A stretch of 59,112 nucleotides of DNA, the filler included, from Dugesia japonica (lineage: Eukaryota), in assembly GCA_001938525.1 (NCBI GenBank). It is 5 parts of 5 records of this genome, joined end to end, with 100 filler letters (N's around TTAATTAATTAA, not from the genome) between each part and the next. Parts side by side here need not be neighbours in the genome. Positions count along the whole stretch, not along the records: positions 49,636 to 59,112 come from MQRL01491557.1; 4 more parts are not named here. One strand, 5' to 3'. Of this stretch, positions 50,701 through 59,112 are shown one piece after another; the first letter of the stretch is position 1, and every line of letters starts with the position of its first letter. The position numbers were made by a program, and so were the translations under genes. The notes beneath the pieces were generated by a model. The model ran no database searches, had not been told where the DNA came from, and worked only from the letters and a program-made list of their open reading frames with translations.

Positions 50701-51529
50701 TAAGAAATATGGATAGCTATTGGCCTCAGCTAATGTATAAAATAATTATTCCAGTAGTAGATTGTTTCTTATTTTCAAGAGAGCGACTTTTTTTTATCAA
50801 AGTCAAAGAGAAATACAAAATGTTTTCATACATTTTTATTGATTTTATTGAGTTGAATGGAATAAATCAAGTATGTTTATTATAATTATTAAAAAAAGCT
50901 ATTCGATTAATCAGTTAAATTTATTTATAAATATGACTTTTGTATCTAATTGGTTAAACTAAGACTAATTTGTTTATGTGTGCGTTGATATTATAATATT
51001 TGTGAAATAATTAATATTCACTCGAAAATTAATAACTTGTATTTCAATTTTGTATACTGAAATTGCACTTTAATCATTGGTTATTGATAATGAAATATGA
51101 TCATTTACTAGATAATTAGTGGGTTTTTAAATCGTATTGACCGGTCAATATTATATTTTAATCTCAAGATAATGAAAATATTGAACAATTTGCGTAGAGC
51201 TTAATATGCGTTAAATATTCCATTTTATATAAATTTTTGTGTGTTTGGGTAAGTGGTGTTGATTTATGTGTCTAAATGTTAGTGACTTCACTCTGTTTGT
51301 TTGTCTGGTCAAATAAAATATCACTAGTGTCATTACCAACTTATACTGTCTATTGGAATTTCTATTCTAAAATGTTAGTAGATTTTGTTTGGATGGTAGT
51401 AAAATATTTAAGAATGATTATTTGCATAAGTTACCATTTATTTTATAGTAATGTTCATTGCAATTTATTGACAATATGATTTTTCAGTTATAAATTCTAT
51501 TGTGCTGTAATGTAATCAATTTTACATTC

Positions 51530-52501
51530 ATGTCTGATAATATTGAAGATTACCCGGTGACACCTTTACAACCACATAACTTCATTGATTCAGGAATTCG
51601 AAGTGAAGAGTTTACAATAAATACAGGAACTGGAAATGGATTTTTGTGTAATTCTACCACTGAAAATAGAGTTGAATTAATTAATGATACTTTTCAACAT
51701 TATCAAATTGAGAAATATAACAGAGAATGTATGAATTCGATGTATGCATTATTCTTAGCTGGTCGGCTAACAGATATTACACTGAAAGTTGGTTCTGAAC
51801 TTTTCCCATGTCATAAAGTGGTTTTGGCCGGTGCATCAGCGTATTTCAGAGCTATGTTTACTAGTGGAATGAGAGAAGTTAATATGCATGAAATACCAAT
51901 TCACTGTATATCACCGATGGCAATTAATCGATTAATACATTTTATTTATACTGGTGAAATTTTAATCGGAGAATCAAATGTTTGTGAATTATTAGCTGCC
52001 GCAACCATGTTACAAATGCATCATGTTGTTGAAGCATGCTGTGAATTCCTTGAAAAACAATTCCATCCTAGTAATATTATAGGAATTTATGAATTTGCCA
52101 GTTCAAATGGTTGTACAAAATTGTCAGAAAAAGCCCAAAAATATATTGATTCTAATTTTAATGAAGTTGCTCGTTATGATGAATTTATTTCTCTTAAACC
52201 TTGTCAACTAATGCAATTTATTAAACGTGATGAACTAAATGTACGTAGTGAAGTTGAAGTGTTTAATTCAGTTATAAGGTGGACAAATCATGATCGTTCA
52301 TATCGAACTATTTATTTATTTGAAATTCTTTCTCACGTCAGATTGCATCAAATGCCACCACATTTTATTCGAAGTCAAATAAAAAACTGCAAATTTCTAT
52401 CAGAAAATCAAATTACAAGGAGCTGTTTAGAATCAGTACTTGAAGATCTTTTGCAGCACAAGAAAATTAATAGTCATCATAGAACGGCTGGATTTGATCA
52501 A
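51530..52501 (+). CDS. KEAP1: KEAP1-like Kelch protein, BTB-BACK/IVR exon; Kelch repeats not found in the window
   Basis: LTDITL...HKVVLAGASAYFRAMFTSG...PSNIIGIYEFA...CQLMQFIKRDELNVRSE...VRLHQMPPHFIRSQIKNCKFL...LEDLLQHK aligns continuously with the KEAP1 BTB and IVR. The acceptor ends at 51487, the ATG is at 51530 and a probable GT donor is at 52502. Confidence 0.85.
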
Positions 52502-52709
52502 GTTAATTTTAAATTCTTAATTTTAAAATGTTAAACTTTTAAAAATTTGCAATATAAAGATAAAAATTATAGCGAAAAATTGAAATTTATTTTTCGCATT
52601 ATAAAAAATTTCACTTTTTTTCATTTCTTAAATAATAACTAAGTGAAATTTTAGCTACTAATAGTAAAAAAGGTAAACAACAAATGGTAATCTATTTATA
52701 AATAAATAG

Positions 52710-53846
52710 AAGATGTTGGTATGAAAATAATGTCGTTTCATAATCTTTATTTTTAAACTCAAATAAATAATAACCAATTAATATTTATTAATTGAAATAG
52801 CATCCATTGCAATCAACACATGCTTGTCAACGTGAAATAAGTTGATTAATCATGGTTGTACATAATTCTGTTGTCCTGGATTCAATTAACTTATAAAAAT
52901 GATAATTGGTTGGTGAAAGGTTCGGTGAGTATAGTGTATGGTGTAAAATTTCGTACACCAACGTATGCAAACTTATCATTTGTGGACATTGTCATTAAGA
53001 ATATTGGAACTTATTCTGTTTTATGATGTTTTTGTACTTTTTAGTGCATCTTATCGGTTTCCTGCTAATACTTATCTTTTGTAATTGTTTTTCTATGAAT
53101 AAGAAAGTCATCATGAATAATGCCTCTAATATACTATCAAACGATGAGCATAATCATCCTTTGGTGAAATTTTGGTTTCGAAAAGTGTTTTCGGGCTTGA
53201 TCGCGATCAAACAACTGTCATGAACGCTTACGATTGTCATATTTGACAATTTTCATCACATCGTAATGTATTTGAGAAATAATTCATTCGTGCTCTGCAA
53301 AAATTATAAAAATAGAGGCGACTAGTACACTTAAAAACTCCGATTTTTTGTTTCTCATTTAAATCATGCCGTACTCATTTTAAAGTTTTTTTCCTTACCA
53401 TCTTGTTTCAGATTGTCTATAACTGTTGGATGACTTACATTTAACTCTTTAGTAAGCTCTCGAATTGTTGTGCGTGGATCTACATTAACTTGTTAGTCTT
53501 TCATCATCGTCTGTAAATCTTTTAAACGATTGTTGCATAGTGCGCTTATTTGTGAACCTTTGGCCGAATTTTCTGTTGAAATTACGAGTGATCTATACAA
53601 CTCCATGGCCTAGTTTGAACTCATACAGATAAATCGCACGCCATTGCATTTTTTTCTATTTTTGAATTTATCAATAAAAATGAAGGCTTATCAATTTAAT
53701 ATTAAAACAAAGACCACATAAATATAATTTTTACAAGTAATTAAAATATTATTACATATTGTAATAAATATTATTGGGACTTGAGTTGCCTGAGTTTAAA
53801 GTTAAAAAAGGTTAAAAATCGACATTATTTTCTTACCAACGTAATA
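52710..53846 (-). mobile_element. Mariner (SETMAR-like) remnant in the KEAP1-like intron
   Basis: TIRs gttggtatgaaaataatgtcg and cgacattattttcttaccaac. Motifs AIYLYEFKLGH and DPRTTIRELTKELNVSHPTV. Confidence 0.85.
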
Positions 53847-55057
53847 TATAAACTCAATTGTCAATGCTTAAGTAAAAAAAAATTTAAAACGTATTATTAT
53901 GATTGTTAGATGAGTTCGCGACACTCATCACTGAATTTAAAAGACTAACAATTTCCATTTCAAAATTTGTTATAAAACAAGACAAACACAAAAAACAAAA
54001 ATATTGGTTTTTTAAACAAATTAAAAATTTCGTATTCTAGCTGCAATTTTTATTATTTTTAATTAATCAAAAATTATTAATTTATTAAAAATAATTCATT
54101 AATTTATTATAAAAATTTATTTAAAATAATCGTAAAGTTTTAAAATATAATTAACAGAATATATTTAAAAACCATGTAAAAGTAAAATCGTGTAAATCGG
54201 GAGATAGGTGTATTTATTCACAATTTTGAAAATTTATCTAAAATTTTAAATTATTTTAGACTAATTTGATTTTAAAATTTCAATTAAAAAATTAATATTC
54301 CTTTCTCAAATTTTTTAATATTTTAATTTAATTTACATTAAAAAAGTATTTTGAAGGAAAATTTCATCTCCAATTACAAGAAATTTAAATCCGGTTTTAA
54401 AAACAATCTCACAAGATATTATATTTAAGGCATTTTATTAATTTATAAACAAAAGAATTAATAGAAAATAAGATGTTATACTTTGTTGATTCTATGAAAA
54501 TGCTATGAGTATGTTCGTAGTGATCAGTCAACATGTATATAAAATAAACAATCGAGGTGTTGTATGGTTTCGGGAATATTATAAAAAAAATTAGGGATTA
54601 TGTGAGTCGTTAGTTCAATAGCAAAAATAATCACATTTTTTTTTGATTTTAATGTAAAATATAAATGCTATTTATCATATTTAGTAATAAAATTTCTGTT
54701 CGGGGCCGTCCATTAAATTTGACAAGAGGGGGGGATTCAAGACGTTTAACAAATGGATGGAGGGTGTCAACAATTTTTTACAATAAATTTAATAAATCAA
54801 AAAAAAATAATTAACATATTGTTAATTTGTGGGGTGGGGGTAAATATTATTTGTTGAAATTTGAATGACTTTTTTTTAAAATAAATTTTAAAAGTAAAAC
54901 TAAATATTACTTCTAACTAAAACTTTGACTAAATGGTAAATATTGTCAACTTTAAACTACACAAAGTTTCAATTATTTCATCAATAAAATAAATAAAACT
55001 TGTTAATGAAAATCAATTGAATTCCATTGTCATACATTAAATGTTTAATAAATATAG

Positions 55058-55525
55058 CAGGCGTCGGCAACTTTTTTTGGCTNTGGGTAAAAGTTTTTCA
55101 AAGTGTGAGCATTAAGAAGACGTTTTGGGCCTCATCCTTTGATAATTAATCAACTACATCAAATAAATAATATTAAACTAAATGATAAATTTAATTATTG
55201 AATGTAGCTCACAACACTAATAAAAATGAATTCACAACGTAATTGAAATTGCGTCTCACGCTACAACTGAGAGAACTACACGTTCATCGAGTAATTATAA
55301 AATTTATTTGGACAAAGTTGTTGTATTTCGCCTTGTTCATTACTGTAACTTTGTAATCAAGCGAAAATGTTATTCTTAATATTTGTTCCCAGTTAATTTT
55401 TTATTTATTCTCAAAGTGTTCATTTTTTGTTTGCTTTATAAATTTATAGTTATATAGTATACTTTTTTCCAGAACTCAAGTGATTCACTTAAAATTATCA
55501 AATGGGTCATAGGTTGCGACGTCTG
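55058..55525. mobile_element. hAT MITE
   Basis: Ends caggcgtcggcaac and gttgcgacgtctg. The 8-bp TSD is aaatatag/aaatatat. Confidence 0.75.
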
Positions 55526-56149
55526 AAATATATGATAGTATAGCGGCTAATTTAGTGTTGTATTAAATGATTATAAAAATGAAATTGAAAACAAAAAAAA
55601 CTTTACAATTTAACCCCAAGAGTATTTTAAATATCCGAATCGAATTTTATCGTTTTTTTNNNNNNNNNNNNNNNNNNNNNNNNNNNNNNNNNNNNNNNNN
55701 NNNNNNNNNNNNNNNNNNNNNNNNNNNNNNNNNNNNNNNNNNNNNNNNNNNNNNNNNNNNNNNNNNNNNNNNNNNNNNNNNNNNNNNNNNNNNNNNNNNN
55801 NNNNNNNNNNNNCGTGAGTCGTGTTATAAATATGTAGATAAAATTTTAATTTCTTTTATTTAACAGAACTATCTTCTCCTTTAAAAAACACTTTTTGAAA
55901 AGCAATTCTTAGAAAACTCTAACGTCGTGTTTTTAATCAAGAAAGATTTTGCTCAACTAAAAAGCCCGATCGCCTATGTAATTTTAGGTAGTTTTTCCAC
56001 GAAATGATTGTGAATGAGTCGAGAATGCTAAATATTTGGAAGTGTACCATTTGTATTTTAAAAATTTTTTTATTTTTCTAAAACAAAAAGTATTTGTGTA
56101 AATAATGCCTGGATTTTGAATCTCTTTCGGAATCAATCCGATTATAAGT

Positions 56150-56430
56150 TTTCTTCTACGGTAGAAGGTAACCTATTCGAATTATCCAGTGACGACAATT
56201 TGAATATATTATTTTAAGAAAAGCAATTTGTGGAATTTTGGACCAGCATTAGATCCTGGTTCAAAAGTGTTGTGATTCTTAATTCAGTTCTCATCAACGT
56301 ATTTATGCAAAAATGGTTTTTCTATAATGGAATTCATCAAACCAAAAAAAAAAACGAAATTGACTGCAGAATGGTATTAAAGCCTGCATGCGCTTAGACG
56401 TTTTAAATTCAATAAAGCGTAGAATAGATT
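56150..56430 (+). mobile_element. Buster-type hAT transposase C-terminal fragment
   Basis: VEFWTSI and QFSSTYLCKNGFSIM. Confidence 0.6.
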
Positions 56431-57042
56431 TATTAACTATTATGTATTATTAAAAGCGTAAATTTTTTGTTTTAAAATGTAAAATTTCATTGTTTGTAAT
56501 TTTTAAAATTAATTAAAAGAATTTTTACTATGAATACGTAATGTAAAACTTTTTATACAAAAATTTTCTGCAATGTAAATATAAAATTTCATTGAAAATT
56601 TGGAAAATTATTTGAAATTTGAATTTTTTATTAAATAATTTTATATAATTTAAATATTTTTTTAATAATTTTTTAAATAAATTATATATAACCAAAAAAT
56701 TGCATGAGGCAATTTTGGGAGGAAACGTTCAGAAATAAAGAAGAATTTTATAGAAGAATTATTGGTATTTTAATAAAGTTTTGAATTGAATTTTATAATT
56801 ACAATTATTCTGAGAATAATTATTGGACTTAACCATTGATCTCATTTGAAATTTCATTAAAATAAAGAAAAGCTTCGATCAAAATAAAAATTTTTTTATA
56901 GAAATTCAAATTTTCGACACTTGTCTTTTTCAGGAATGATAACTTTTTGACAGATTCAAAACGATAATAGATCTTCGTTATAAAAGTTTTTATATTTTAT
57001 TAAAATTTTATTGGTTTATTTAAATTATAAATTTTTTAATTA

Positions 57043-58360
57043 CAGCTTTATTCATTAATATAAATTTTTTGATTCATAAATATAAATTTTTTGATTTACT
57101 AATATAAATGTAATATATAACTAAAACGCCATTAAAATATTCTATTTGTATATGTTAAAATATAGTAAAAATATAAAGCGAATCCAAATTAATTACTAAA
57201 TATTATTAAATAAATGGCTGTCTAGCTATTCCTAGAGGGTAATATCCCTTCATTCTTTCAAAATATGGAGTGAGAGATAAATTAGTTTTTTGTATCACCT
57301 CCTGAACTGAATCGTTTATTTCCAAAACTGAAGAAGGTCTTGGTCTAATCGCCTTATAATTAAATTTTAAAGTACCAAAGAACTCTTCAATTGGATTAAG
57401 ATGAGGGGAATAAGGCGGTAAAAGTTTGTATAATATCCTATTATCACTTAACAATCTCAATACATCTTGTCTATGATGAAACCTACAGTTATCCATCACT
57501 AATATAGACGATCTGTGATTTCTAAAATGCTCTAATATATTATTTTCAAAGAAACTTTTAAACTTATCACCATTAAATGCTCCACTTTTTTTTTCATATC
57601 CAATTATTCCATTTTTATCAATGGCACACATGAGGCTTTGATTTACACCTCTGTTGGCTTTAACGACTGAATAGGCATTGGTATTTCTGAATGAATATCC
57701 ATAGTTCTGAGATGTATATAAATTAAATCCAGTTTCATCCAGAAATACAAATCTATCGAGTGAAAATCATTCATTTCAATTCCATAATCATGTCTTAGAT
57801 CTAATAATCTTGGAGAATTTCTTTCGATTGGAACCAAGGAAAGTCTTTTCCTTGTAACATTTGCATTTTTTAGCATTCTAGATATGGTTGGCTGTGAGCG
57901 AGCCGTCTCTACTAAAACTTTGACTAGTCCACGTTGAGTTAATGCATTGTCAGATTGAACAATTGCACAGAGCTATGTTTGAGCCTCTACATTATGCAGT
58001 TCCTTTCTACCTTTTTTTAAAATGATTTCAGAAACAGGCAATCCACTTAGAATCTTTTTAGCAACTAAATTGATTGAGTTAATAGAAATATCTGTAGCTT
58101 CTGATATTTCCTTTTTCGATTTACCTGAATTAATCAGGCTTCTGATTAATTTAATCATTTCTAAAGAAAGAGTAGTTCTTTTTTTCTAGTAGATTTTGAA
58201 TTTATATCCATTTGAGGTGAAAATAATAATTAATTTAAATAAACTTTAAATTTATATTATTATACTAAAATATTTATATTAATGAATCAAAAAATTTATA
58301 TTAATGAATCAAAAAATTTATATTAATGAATCGAAAAATTTAAATTAATGAATAAAGATG
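57043..58360 (-). mobile_element. IS630/Tc1-like DD34E transposon with a disrupted transposase (57206-58211)
   Basis: TIRs cagctttattcattaat and attaatgaataaagatg are flanked by TA, with subterminal ~22-bp tandem repeats. Motifs are FLDETGF and LVMD-(34 aa)-E ending in PPYSPHLNPIE. Confidence 0.92.
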
Positions 58361-59112
58361 TAAATCAAAAAATCTCTTAAATGTTTAATTATTAGTTGAG
58401 ATTTGATATTTATAAAATTTTTATAAATTAGAAAATTTTCAATTACAATTAACATAAATTACTATAATTTTATTCAGTTTTAATTTTTTATTATTATTAA
58501 CTCATAATATTTTTTTCAAAACTATAAAAAATTACTATTAAATTTTTTTTTTGTTTGAAATTTTCATGTTGTGTATCAATTTTTAAAATTATATATATAA
58601 TTAATATATTAAAATAAAATAATTTTTCTATTAAATTTTAATAAACATTTAAAAGCTTCTTTCAATTCATAATAAAAAATTTTTTATCAATATTATTTTG
58701 TTTAAAATTTTATTTATTGATATTGATATTCTAATATAGTTATTCTAATGATTAAAAACCACATTGATCTTAGGTTTATTCTCTTTAATTAATATTTGTC
58801 TTTAATTATTGTTTTTTTCTGTGAAGAGTAGTAATGTAGCCTGTTCATAATGTTTTCTATGTAAGATACCAATACTCGAATACAAAATTTTATAAAATCA
58901 AACAAAAGACAAACACAATAATTAAATTACCTATATAAATGAGAAATGTAGCCAAATAATGCAAAATTTAATTTAAAAATCAAAACTCAAACACAATCCA
59001 AGAATTATATTTAAAACGCAAGCACCTTTAGGTATCCACTTACAGAAACCAAGACAGAACTTTTGTGATGGTAGAAATATATGCAATAAAAAAATATCAC
59101 TAACAAAATAAC

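Overview
This is AT-rich, intron-containing eukaryotic DNA, most consistent with an invertebrate such as a planarian (inference), and it is dominated by decayed mobile elements. Four 100-bp N44-TTAATTAATTAA-N44 linkers (8396-8495, 30358-30457, 41067-41166, 49536-49635) look artificial, so the window is probably five separate contigs. Host exons are a SNX29-like PX-domain exon (10972-11384), the first coding exon of MFSD8/CLN7 (34611-34781, minus strand) and the BTB-BACK exon of a KEAP1-like gene (51530-52501). Mobile DNA includes Tc1/mariner copies (DD34D-type, DD34E and a DD39D-like copy), hAT elements and MITEs, a Merlin deletion derivative, Helitron fragments, four Ty3/Gypsy remnants with solo LTRs, and a Penelope-like repeat with a minimal hammerhead ribozyme. 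The most notable structure is a decayed Polinton/Maverick-like endogenous viral element (about 1734 to beyond 8395). It has long inverted repeats, an A32-type packaging ATPase, a PW-like gene and an integrase start. It also carries a compact TATA-binding-protein (TBP)-like gene head-to-head with the ATPase cassette, an 11-unit array of palindromic ~31-bp repeats, a fold-back at its terminus and an intact 189-aa orphan ORF. A probable second Polinton terminus lies at 30458-30814.
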